Source: Nitrospirota bacterium | GTDB taxonomy: Bacteria; Nitrospirota; Nitrospiria; Nitrospirales; Nitrospiraceae | Direction of reading: 5' to 3' | Length of the DNA: 64,000 nt | Assembly (NCBI GenBank): GCA_963701855.1 | Contig: CAVPBK010000006.1 | Span: 960,001-1,024,000 of the forward strand | Shown here: piece by piece, positions 11,458 through 20,470 of the stretch | Numbering within the stretch: the stretch's first letter is position 1 | Layout of the letters: every line of letters begins with the position of its first letter | The notes under the pieces: generated by a model | The model's input: the letters and a program-made list of their open reading frames with translations, nothing else | The model's database searches: none | Told to the model about the DNA's origin: nothing | Program-made: the position numbers and the translations under genes

Positions 11458-13812
11458 ATGGTGTCGTTCAAGATATTTACGCAAATCATTGTGGCAATCA
11501 CAGCACTCGAAGGCATTGCCGCTATGGATTTCGTCGCGCTGGCACAAGACTCCGCCCCGGCAGAAGCCGGGCAACAAAGTCCACGGGAACAACAACTGCG
11601 TGAACAGCTAAAAGGAATCTTGCAAGAGCTGGAGGATCTCCAGAAGAGTCATGAAAGTACGTTGCCTCCGGCCGAACGGCCCAAGACAGTGACCGAGAAA
11701 GTTGCGCCAGATCAATCGGAAGGTGCGGGAGCAATTCCAGAATATGAGTTGTCCAATCTCAGCATCGTCAGCAAACGCGTTTCCAAGCGACCGGAGGGTG
11801 TTGCGTTGTCCGCAACCATTCCAGCCGAAACGGATTCTCAGCCGACGAGAACGATGAAGGAGTCGATGGAATCGCTCCCCGGCGTGGTTTTGCGCCAAGC
11901 GAATGGACCGCGCGACTTCAGCATCATGATTCGTGGCCAAGGCGCCAAGACGACCTTCGCCATTCGGGACATTAAAATATATGAAGATGGATTTATCCAG
12001 ACGCAATCAGATGGCCTCTCACGACTTGACATTCAGGATCCCTGGTTCATGCGCAGCGTCGAGGTGACTCGCGGCGCGTCGTCCTCCTTGTACGACAACT
12101 ATGCGCTCGGCGGAATGGTGCAGTTCAGGACTAGACGAGGGAGCGACATCAATGGAGTGGAAACCTTCTTGTCCGGCGGGTCCTTCGGGTACCAAAAGTA
12201 CGGTCTCGCCGTCGGGCAAGAAACGGACAAAGTTGACATCGCGATGTTTGCGAGCCAGGTCATGGAAGACGGCTTTATCCAGAACAGTAATTACAATACC
12301 CAGACGCTCAACTTCAATTTTCGCTTCAAGGTGGATGACAAGCAGAATTTCTACTTCAAGGCGATCTCCAACTGGCTGAATACGAAAGTGCCGACCAGAC
12401 TTACCCAATCGCAGTTTATCACCAACGAACGGCAGGCAGGCGGAGCGCAAACGACATGTACGCCCGGCACCTACAACCCCGGTTGTGCCAACGCGCTCTT
12501 GCTCAATCAAAGCCGCGTCGATCATCGCACCATCTTGGGGGGTATGTACGAGCGGCAGCTCAATGCGAATACCGTTCTGACGATTGAGGCCGACTATGAC
12601 GTCAAAGATATCCAGCAAACATTTTCGCAGATCTCGGAGAATACAAATCCCAACTATAAGACCTATAGCGATTTGCGACACGATGGCCAACTTGGAGAGA
12701 TGCCGCTCAAGAGCTATGTCGGCTTCTTTGTGAATGAGATGGACCAGAAAGCCAACCAGTTTCAAAATCTTGCAGACGGTTTTGGAACGAAAGGAACCTT
12801 GCTTCAGAACTCCCGTGGATCGATTTTCAACATTGGCGCCCGCTTCCGCGAAGAACTGGAGTTCGTGCCGACTTGGACCCTGGCGGCGGGGCTTGGGTTC
12901 GAACAGTCCCGCGTCAGCACGCAGGCGACTAACTATAATAATGCTGGCGCGGTGGCCTCTCGTGCCAATGCGAGTCTTGATTACTCAAACTGGGCCCCGG
13001 AAATGTCGCTCACCTGGAAACCAGCGGAAGCCTATCGACATTGGACTCGGGCCTCGACGGGGTACGGTATCCCACAAATGAGCCAGCTCTTGCGCGATCC
13101 TATCACCGGGCTTCCCGGAACCAACTTTAATCTGAAACCGCAGAAGAACCTCAACATAGAAATCGGCACGGAGTCCAAGCTCCACAAGACCCTCACCGTC
13201 CAACTTGTCGGGTTCTTGACCTTCTTCAAAGACGAGATTATCACGCAGACGGTATCAGGGAATAACACGGCTTCCATCAATGCAGACTCCTCCAAGTACA
13301 TGGGCATTGAAGCCTCCTATGATTGGCGACCGATGACAGGCCTGCGACTCTCCGGTGCCTATACACACATTGATGCCAGATACGTTAATTTCAGCGACAA
13401 AAGTTCGGTGGGTGGAGTGCCAACGGTGTTTGTGCGTGACGGGAGGCAAGTCCCCAACGTTCCGACCGATGTGGTAAATTCCAAAGTTGCTTATGACCAT
13501 GCGCCCACCGGGTGGGGCGGCTGGCTCGAAGGCAGTTATTATAATAGCTATTTCCTAAACAACAGCAACACGTTCAGCATTCCATCCTATGTGGTCGCGA
13601 ATGTGAATGTGCACAAGAGTTTCGAGCTGGAAAACTCCTGGTTCCGATTCGCTAAGTTGTATCTGGAGGTGGACAACATCGCGGATAAGAAATACGCCGC
13701 ATCCGGCGCAGTGATCGGAGGTGAAACTGCCGCCACTGCTTCGGGCAATCAGGCTTTTTTCGCTGGCTATGGCCGGGCCATCTATGGCGGGGTGACGCTG
13801 GGGCTGTTCTAG
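11458..13812 (+). CDS. TonB-dependent outer-membrane receptor
   Basis: Plug motifs (LPGV, IRG, VEVTRGASSSLY, ALGGMV), DNIADKKY, GRAIYGGVTLGLF C-terminus. AGGAG RBS favours ATG 11458. Confidence 0.93.
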   Translation: MVSFKIFTQIIVAITALEGIAAMDFVALAQDSAPAEAGQQSPREQQLREQLKGILQELEDLQKSHESTLPPAERPKTVTEKVAPDQSEGAGAIPEYELSNLSIVSKRVSKRPEGVALSATIPAETDSQPTRTMKESMESLPGVVLRQANGPRDFSIMIRGQGAKTTFAIRDIKIYEDGFIQTQSDGLSRLDIQDPWFMRSVEVTRGASSSLYDNYALGGMVQFRTRRGSDINGVETFLSGGSFGYQKYGLAVGQETDKVDIAMFASQVMEDGFIQNSNYNTQTLNFNFRFKVDDKQNFYFKAISNWLNTKVPTRLTQSQFITNERQAGGAQTTCTPGTYNPGCANALLLNQSRVDHRTILGGMYERQLNANTVLTIEADYDVKDIQQTFSQISENTNPNYKTYSDLRHDGQLGEMPLKSYVGFFVNEMDQKANQFQNLADGFGTKGTLLQNSRGSIFNIGARFREELEFVPTWTLAAGLGFEQSRVSTQATNYNNAGAVASRANASLDYSNWAPEMSLTWKPAEAYRHWTRASTGYGIPQMSQLLRDPITGLPGTNFNLKPQKNLNIEIGTESKLHKTLTVQLVGFLTFFKDEIITQTVSGNNTASINADSSKYMGIEASYDWRPMTGLRLSGAYTHIDARYVNFSDKSSVGGVPTVFVRDGRQVPNVPTDVVNSKVAYDHAPTGWGGWLEGSYYNSYFLNNSNTFSIPSYVVANVNVHKSFELENSWFRFAKLYLEVDNIADKKYAASGAVIGGETAATASGNQAFFAGYGRAIYGGVTLGLF

Positions 13813-13846
13813 CTTCTCGGGATATGTGGATCAGTCCTAGTCTGAG

Positions 13847-13873
13847 ATGAGGGCGTCCTTGAGACGCCCTCAT
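13847..13873 (+). terminator. Hairpin after the receptor gene (terminator or stabiliser)
   Basis: ATGAGGGCGTC-cttga-GACGCCCTCAT, 11-bp perfect stem, weak U-tract. Confidence 0.45.
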
Positions 13874-13932
13874 TCAACGGGTGCCCTCGAACAACACAAT
13901 AAGTCCAACGACAACACAAAGCGAGGTACATC

Positions 13933-14112
13933 ATGGACAAACAACTGCTCAAAATCAATGAAGCGGCGGTGGCCTTAAATGTAAGCCGCTGGACAGTCTA
14001 TCGGTGGGTCGAAGAAGGGAGGTTGAGCGCCACAAAAATCGGCAAGCAGAGCTTGCGCGTGATCGGGAACTCGGTCGACAAGCTGATCTCCGAAAATAGG
14101 ACTGATCACTGA
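13933..14112 (+). CDS. Excisionase-like helix-turn-helix protein (59 aa)
   Basis: MDKQLLKINEAAVALNVSRWTVYRWVEEGRLSATKIGKQSLRV...*. GAGGT RBS. Below the ORF-track cutoff. Confidence 0.85.
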   Translation: MDKQLLKINEAAVALNVSRWTVYRWVEEGRLSATKIGKQSLRVIGNSVDKLISENRTDH

Positions 14113-14180
14113 GCGTCCGCTACGTGTGTGCGGGGGATAATATCTGATGCAGGTGCTGGAGGAAGGATTACGGTGTATTG

Positions 14181-14607
14181 ATGGATGGACTCAAGGAACT
14201 CGTCGAGTACGGCGTCATCGGGCTTTTGCTAGGGCTGAGTTTCTGGGCCATCGGGGTGGCGAGTGGAGCGTTGGCTGTTCTATCGGCAGGTGGATATCAG
14301 GCAGTTTCCCACGCTGGATCTGTGCGAGATGACGTTGACCAAGCGGCTAGTGGTGATCGGTACCGTGGCGGCCAATGCGCCCTATATCGGACTGCTCGGA
14401 ACAGTGCTCGGCATTATGCTCACGTTCCATGCGATGGGCACATCCGGCGCATTGGCGGTGGCATCGATCATGATCGGCTTGAGCCTTGCGCTCAAGGCCA
14501 CCGCGGCGGGGCTACTGGTCGCCATTCCTTGCGTGGTCATGAACAACGTGCTCCGGCGTCGGGTGAGCGAACTGCTCGCGCAGTACAAGGCACAGCATGG
14601 ATCGTGA
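14181..14607 (+). pseudogene. exbB: ExbB (MotA/TolQ/ExbB family), +1 frameshift
   Basis: MDGLKELVEYGVIGLL...AIGVA continues as VERWLFY...APYIGLLGTVLGIM...ALKATAAGLLVAIP after an extra A at ~14262. Confidence 0.85.
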
Positions 14608-14816
14608 GCTGAATCAAATCAATGTTATCCCGCTGGTCTATGTCATTGTTGGTGCTCCTGGTCATCGTGTTGACCACCGCCACCTTCATTACGGCGGGCC
14701 ATGGCCATGCCGTGGTGACAATTGACGTAGGGAAGGTCAAAGCTGATCAACTGGTCGGAGCGGTGAATGGGGTCAAAGGTGACGTCTGGCATTGTACCGG
14801 ACGTGCGATGAAGTAG
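14597..14816 (+). pseudogene. exbD: ExbD 5' fragment (frameshifted) fused to an unrelated C-terminal fragment
   Basis: MDRELNQINVIPLV[Y]V, then frameshift to LLVLLVIVLTTATFITAGH, then a switch at the tandem GGCCAT to an HMA-like tail. Confidence 0.75.
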
Positions 14817-14969
14817 GTGCGGTGCGAAGGGGATCAACGCAAAAGGCGGTCGACGATGAGCAAATGGACTGTGGTGTTGTGAAGGTGCAGGGAAATGGGT
14901 GAAAATCCGACAGCGACTGCACCGCCTGAGCCAAAAGATGGCGAATGCACATGGCAGAATAGGTGAATC

Positions 14970-15218
14970 GTGGAGCCGGTGTTACTCCGCATCCAGGAAA
15001 CGGCGAAGTTGTTAAAGGTCAGCAACTGGACGATCTACCGATGAATCGAGGAAGGCCGTTTGCGAGCTACCAAGATTGGCCAGGGCAGTTTGCGGGTGTT
15101 TCGATCATCGGTGGACGGGCTTATCGCGGGGGCTCAGATCGATCACCGAAAGGCTCAGCGTGGTTCGCCCAGCACCGTGACTCCCGTGCGGGTCACGGGC
15201 CCTGAAAAGAAAAAGTAA
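14970..15218 (+). pseudogene. Second excisionase-like HTH gene with a nonsense codon
   Basis: VEPVLLRIQETAKLLKVSNWTIYR*IEEGRLRATKIGQGSLRV. TGA at 15042 replaces the Trp present in the 13933 paralog. Confidence 0.8.
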
Positions 15219-15415
15219 AAAGCCGTAGAAAACGGGTCCGGTAGTTGCCCCCTCTCTTCCGGACCTGCCTGGGGACTCGGAGCCAACCTCCCTCCAAGTC
15301 CCCGGCCCTTCGGGAGAGGAATTGAAAGTCGTCATGAAAAATGAGAGTTGTAAATATTTGCCGCTGATGTATGATCCTGTCAGATGACACGTTCACCATC
15401 ACACAAGGAGGAGTT

Positions 15416-15715
15416 ATGAGCCGAGTGAAAGCCGTCGTTATGGCAGTCGCTGTCTGTGGTCTTATCGCAGGAGGCATGACGAGTCCAGTATTCGCGGGTG
15501 AAAATGGGCATGTCAAGGAAGTAATCAAGCATGCCAAGGAAGGCATTGCGCACGAGAAAGAAGCCATCACGCATCTGGAAGAAGCCATAAAGGGAAGCGA
15601 GAATGCCCACGCGAAGGAAGCGCTCGAACATGCGAAGGAATCGCTGAAGCATGCGGAGGAATCGCTGGCTCATGCCGAGCAAGCCTCGCAGAAACCGAAA
15701 GGCAAAAAGAAGTAG
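15416..15715 (+). CDS. Small periplasmic metal-binding protein, SmbP-like
   Basis: Signal peptide, then His at 7-residue spacing (HVKEVIKHAKEGIAHEKEAITH...HAKEALEHAKESLKHAEESLAH). AGGAGG RBS. Confidence 0.85.
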   Translation: MSRVKAVVMAVAVCGLIAGGMTSPVFAGENGHVKEVIKHAKEGIAHEKEAITHLEEAIKGSENAHAKEALEHAKESLKHAEESLAHAEQASQKPKGKKK

Positions 15716-15928
15716 CTTACGGAATCTCGCCAGCTTGCATCGACTCAGTTCCAGGTAGTTTCTTTCTTAGACTCACCGCGCGGCGTGTCTTATCAAGCGC
15801 CGCGCAATGAGTGCCTTACCCCTCGTTGCTCATGAACATTTCTGCTGTAATTGCTGATATCTGGCTGAAGCGAGACGGGCGGGAAAAGCGCGACTTGAAG
15901 CACGAATACTTCGGCCTTCAGACTGCCT

Positions 15929-16666
15929 TCACCGATTCCGCTGCAACAATGGCTCAAGCGTTGGAAAGACCTTCTCGACGATGATGCGATAGCCTTCTCC
16001 CGTCGGATGAATGCCGTCGGCCTGGTTGAGCGAGGATGAGCCTGCCACCCCATCGAGAAAAAATGAAATCAGTGTCAGGCGGTATTGCTTGGCTAAAGCC
16101 TGGTAGAGCGATTCAAACCCTGTCGTATAGTCCTGTCCATAATTCGGAGGGAGTTTCATTCCCGCTAACACAACGATGACTGAGGCCTGTTGGAGTTGTT
16201 GAATAATCCGTTCGAGGTTGGCTTTCGTCTCCTGCAGACTCAGGCCTCGGAGCCCATCGTTCCCGCCGAGTTCAAGAATGACGATTGCCGGCTTGTTCTT
16301 CAGAGCCCAGGAGACCCTTCTGGCTCCGCCAGCCGTCGTCTCACCGCTGACTCCCGCATTCACGACTCGATAGGCATAGCCTGCTGCGTCCAACTTCCGT
16401 TGTAGATGCGCGGGATATGATTGATCCGGCGCCACGCCTAAGCCTGCAGTCAGGCTGTTGCCGAAGGCAACGATGCTGGGCCGTTCGGCAGAAATAGGCC
16501 TTGGTCCCACACCCTCGCCCGCGGGGCTCGACGACGGGGATTGGGTAGCGGGCGCACTGCTGCGGTCATATCCACAGAGGAAGATCAACGAGAGACAGAA
16601 GCAGGAAAATAGTTTTGTGAGAATCCATGGGCAGCGCATCGTCATCCAGTATAATATACCCTTCAC
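15929..16666 (-). CDS. tesA: Arylesterase/acyl-CoA thioesterase I (SGNH/GDSL)
   Basis: GNSLTAG, NAGVSGETT, ELGGNDGLRG and DGIHP; divergent from ybbA-ybbP. Confidence 0.88.
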   Translation of the reverse strand: MKGILYWMTMRCPWILTKLFSCFCLSLIFLCGYDRSSAPATQSPSSSPAGEGVGPRPISAERPSIVAFGNSLTAGLGVAPDQSYPAHLQRKLDAAGYAYRVVNAGVSGETTAGGARRVSWALKNKPAIVILELGGNDGLRGLSLQETKANLERIIQQLQQASVIVVLAGMKLPPNYGQDYTTGFESLYQALAKQYRLTLISFFLDGVAGSSSLNQADGIHPTGEGYRIIVEKVFPTLEPLLQRNR

Positions 16667-16698
16667 CTAGACAATAAGGCGGAAACCAGAAAGACAAT

Positions 16699-17403
16699 AT
16701 GATCGCCCTCTCTCACCTCACGATGCGCTTGGCCGGCGGCGGTCATCAGATCACGATCCTCGACGATGTCACGCTCGAGATTCCCGATAAACAGCGCGTG
16801 GCCATCGTCGGCCCCTCCGGAAGCGGTAAGTCCACCTTGCTGGGCCTCATTGCGGGATTGGATCGGCCCACGTCCGGCTCCATCATCTTGAATGGCGTAG
16901 AGATCTCGGCCATGCGCGAGAGCGCCTTGGCGCGTTATCGTCGCGATCACATCGGCTATATCTTTCAATCCTTCCATCTCATTCCCACCCTCACAGCCCT
17001 GGAAAACGTCCTGGTGCCGCTGGAGTTGGCGAGGGTGAGCACGGCGCAGGATCGTGCAACGGAGCTGTTGCACACCGTCGGCCTGGGAGAACGGTTGCAT
17101 CATTATCCGGTCCAACTGTCGGGAGGCGAACAGCAGCGGGTGGCGGTGGCCAGAGCCTTCGCCTGTCACCCACCGATTCTGTTGGCCGACGAGCCGACCG
17201 GCAACCTGGATTCGATCACAGGCCAGCATGTGATGCAGCTGCTCCATGCGCTCCATCGCGATTTTGGCACAACCTTAGTCCTCGTCACACATGATCGAAC
17301 CATGGCATCTTCAATGGAGCGCGTAATTGCGTTGCGTGACGGCCGCATCGAATCCGACACCCTCACCGACCCAGACCATCGGACCGCAGAGTCATCCCAG
17401 TGA
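16699..17403 (+). CDS. ybbA: ABC transporter ATP-binding protein (YbbA-like)
   Basis: GPSGSGKST, LSGGEQQRV and ADEPTGNLD. Confidence 0.88.
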   Translation: MIALSHLTMRLAGGGHQITILDDVTLEIPDKQRVAIVGPSGSGKSTLLGLIAGLDRPTSGSIILNGVEISAMRESALARYRRDHIGYIFQSFHLIPTLTALENVLVPLELARVSTAQDRATELLHTVGLGERLHHYPVQLSGGEQQRVAVARAFACHPPILLADEPTGNLDSITGQHVMQLLHALHRDFGTTLVLVTHDRTMASSMERVIALRDGRIESDTLTDPDHRTAESSQ

Positions 17404-20066
17404 ATCATTTCATCTTCAGGATGGCCTGGCGTGAAACCAGGGGTGCCTGGCGGCACTTTCTCTATTTCTTCGCCTGTATCGCGATCGGCGTGGGAGCCTT
17501 GGTCGGGGTGTCGCTCTTTGGCGCGAATATGGAGCAAGCTGTCACGAGAGAAGCGCGGGGATTGTTAGGCGGCGATCTTGAAATTCGCCTCACTCGCTCC
17601 CTGAGTTTCCCAGGACAGGCGGTGCTGAACTCGCTGAGCGAACGAGATATAGTTTTCACCCATGTGAGCGAGCTTGTCGCGATGGCCGCGCGCGCGGATC
17701 CCGGGTCCTTTATGACCCAATCGACCCAGATCATTGAATTGAAAGCGGTGGAATCGGCCTATCCTCTATACGGGGTGATCCGGCTCGACCCAGCCCAATC
17801 GCTTGATGTCCTGCTCCATCCGGATAAAAATCGCTGCGGCGGGCAATCCTGTTTTGGCGCGGTGGTGCAAGAGTCGCTGCTGATTCGGATGGGCCTCTCG
17901 GTCGGGGATCGTTTGAAGATCGGTCAAGCGATGTTTCTGATCACAGGAATCGTCAGAACCGAGCCGGATCGAATGGCCAATGCCTTCACCTTGGGTCCAC
18001 GGGTGATGGTTGCGCAGGAAGGATTACGGGCGGCGGAACTGATTAAGCCAGGAAGCCGGGTACGGGAACGGTATCTGCTGAAGATCGCCGCCGATATTCC
18101 GCTGGAGCCGCTACGCACCGAGCTGCGAGATCGGCTGGAGGCAGAGTCGGCGCGCGTATCCAGCTATCGCACGTCCCAGTCGCAGTTGAGGCAATTTCTC
18201 GAACAACTCTCCCGCTATCTCGGGCTGATCGGCCTCACCGCGCTGTTCATCGGCGGGCTGGGTGTCGGGACCTCGATTCATGCGTTCTTACGGGACAAGT
18301 TGCGGACGATCGCCATTTTGAAAGCAGTCGGCGCTGATTCTGCCACGGTCGTCTCAACTTATGTGGTGCAAGCGATCTTCTTGGGGTGTATTGGAAGCCT
18401 CGCCGGCATCTTGTTGGGAATTGCGCTTCAACGAGGACTGCCTCCCCTTGCGGCTGCTCTCTTTGCGTCAGACATTCTCGATCAGTTAGGCGTTTCCTCG
18501 GAATTGTCATGGTACTCGGTTTGGCCTTTGCTGAAAGGGGCAGCGCTGGGACTGTTGTCGACGCTGCTGTTTACCCTATGGCCACTGTTGAAGATTCGAG
18601 AGGTTCATCCAGGTGCGATCTTTCGGCGCGATGCAGAACAGGCGACGGTCGAGCAGGGAACTCCTCGGTCACGATGGTGGGTGAAATGGGGACTGACTGA
18701 TCCCTGGAATGTCGGCACGGCAGGAGGGATCATCCTCGGGCTCTGCGCTCTCTCGGTGTGGCAAGCCGGGTCATGGTCGATCGGCTTCTTGTTTATCGGG
18801 GCGATGTCCCTCGCCATCACGGTCCTCTTTGTCTGTGCGCGGGTGTTCCTGCGAGGGTTGACCTGGGTGCCGCTGCCTCGCGTCTTGAGCCTTCGATATG
18901 CCCTGGGTAATGTCGTACGGCCAGGGAGCCAGGCGACGGGGATCATGGTCGCCATCGGCATCGGCGTGATGGCTATTGTCACAGTGTCGCTGGTGGAACA
19001 GGCGTTGCTCCGACAAATACAGGAGAATCGGCCTGCGGATGCCCCGACCTTTTTCTTTATCGACATCCAGCCCGATCAAGCGAAGAAGTTTGTGTCGTTG
19101 GTCGATCGACAGACCGGCCAAGCACGTCCTGAGCTCATGCCGCTGGTGCGTTCACGGCTCCATGCGGTCAATGGACATGTCGTCACGGCAGAAGAAGGAA
19201 TGGAGAAGGACGACAAACGTACAGAAGGAAAAGAGGCGCGGGGCAAACAGTGGTATTTCACCAGAGAGTATGTCCTGACCTTTCTCGATCAGCTACCGAA
19301 AGACAATACGTTGGTCAAAGGAGAATGGTGGAAGCCTGGACAAGTCTTCTCGACTCCACAAGTTTCAGTGGAGGAAGATGCCGCCATGCATTTAGGTCTC
19401 GCGGTCGGCTCGACCGTGGAGTTCGATATTCAGGGAGCCACGGTGTCGGCGGAAGTGAGTAGTATTCGCAAAGTCGAGTGGGGAAATTTCTCGACGAATT
19501 TCTACATGATCTTGTCCCCGGGCTCGATAGAAGGGGCGCCCTTTACCTATGTGGCCACGGTACGGGTCTCGCCACAAGAAGAGCTGCCATTGCAGCAGGC
19601 AGTCGTCGCCTCATTTCCAAACATCAGCGCCATTCATATCGGCGACGTGCTCGAGGGGTTCGCGCGCGTGCTCGATCGTCTTTCGCTGGCGATCAGGGCC
19701 GTGGCCTTATTCTGTGTTGTGGCCGGAGGGCTGGTCATGGCGGCGGCACTCGCAGCGACACGCTACCGGCGTCTCTACGAGTCGGTCATTCTGAAATCGC
19801 TCGGCGCGACTCGTAGCTTGATTGCGCGCGCCTTTGCCATGGAGTATGTCCTGCTGGGCGCCGTCGCCGGGTTGATCGGACTGACCCTCGGGACTGTCTT
19901 GTCATGGATTCTAGTGCGATACGTGTTTGACCTTCCCTGGACCATACATCCACAGGTGCTTGGTATCGGCCTCCTTCTCACGATGTTGCTGACGCTGATC
20001 GTGGGGTTTGCCAGTACTTACCGAATTCTCGGCCAGCGGCCACTGGCTGTGCTCCGGCATGAATAG
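17400..20066 (+). CDS. ybbP: ABC transporter permease (YbbP/FtsX-like)
   Basis: MAWRETRG, LLGGDL, FFFIDIQPDQ; two FtsX-like TM blocks. Confidence 0.88.
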   Translation: MNHFIFRMAWRETRGAWRHFLYFFACIAIGVGALVGVSLFGANMEQAVTREARGLLGGDLEIRLTRSLSFPGQAVLNSLSERDIVFTHVSELVAMAARADPGSFMTQSTQIIELKAVESAYPLYGVIRLDPAQSLDVLLHPDKNRCGGQSCFGAVVQESLLIRMGLSVGDRLKIGQAMFLITGIVRTEPDRMANAFTLGPRVMVAQEGLRAAELIKPGSRVRERYLLKIAADIPLEPLRTELRDRLEAESARVSSYRTSQSQLRQFLEQLSRYLGLIGLTALFIGGLGVGTSIHAFLRDKLRTIAILKAVGADSATVVSTYVVQAIFLGCIGSLAGILLGIALQRGLPPLAAALFASDILDQLGVSSELSWYSVWPLLKGAALGLLSTLLFTLWPLLKIREVHPGAIFRRDAEQATVEQGTPRSRWWVKWGLTDPWNVGTAGGIILGLCALSVWQAGSWSIGFLFIGAMSLAITVLFVCARVFLRGLTWVPLPRVLSLRYALGNVVRPGSQATGIMVAIGIGVMAIVTVSLVEQALLRQIQENRPADAPTFFFIDIQPDQAKKFVSLVDRQTGQARPELMPLVRSRLHAVNGHVVTAEEGMEKDDKRTEGKEARGKQWYFTREYVLTFLDQLPKDNTLVKGEWWKPGQVFSTPQVSVEEDAAMHLGLAVGSTVEFDIQGATVSAEVSSIRKVEWGNFSTNFYMILSPGSIEGAPFTYVATVRVSPQEELPLQQAVVASFPNISAIHIGDVLEGFARVLDRLSLAIRAVALFCVVAGGLVMAAALAATRYRRLYESVILKSLGATRSLIARAFAMEYVLLGAVAGLIGLTLGTVLSWILVRYVFDLPWTIHPQVLGIGLLLTMLLTLIVGFASTYRILGQRPLAVLRHE

Positions 20067-20075
20067 GATGCCATC

Positions 20076-20140
20076 AGCAAGATGCTGACAAAGCCGCTTT
20101 TCTCACCTTCCCACCCCTGATTGCGCCAAGACGCACCGAT
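20076..20140 (+). repeat. Degenerate copy of the left end of the 38183 MITE
   Basis: gatgctgacaaagccgcttttctcacc...cccctg...gcgccaagacgcacc resembles gatactgaaaaagtcactcttctcacc...cccctgcgcgccgagacgtgcc. Confidence 0.55.
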
Positions 20141-20470
20141 TACATCGCAAAAGGCCCTCGCCCGGGCTATTGGCACGTCTCGGGAAATCGATTGCGAAGC
20201 AATCGGAGGGTAGGGTGGATGAGAATGTCGCGCACAGTGGAAAACAACCGGTCTGGTTGCTGAGAGGACTGAAAGGAGTAAAGAACCCCTCTCTTATGAG
20301 CAGCGCATCCTGGCAGGTCTTCGTGAATCAACTTTGAGTGGCAACGACAGCCTGCTCAATACATAGCATGATGTAGCGATATCTCCTCCAAGACGACAAG
20401 CCATCCTTCGGGGGCTTGAGGCGAATGAGCCACAGTCATAGCAGCTTCTCTCTACTCTGAATATCTCTTT

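Noticed and set aside
15042..15044. TGA as selenocysteine or recoded Trp
   Set aside because: It aligns to Trp in the paralog, TGA is a normal stop elsewhere in the window, and neighbouring genes are also decayed
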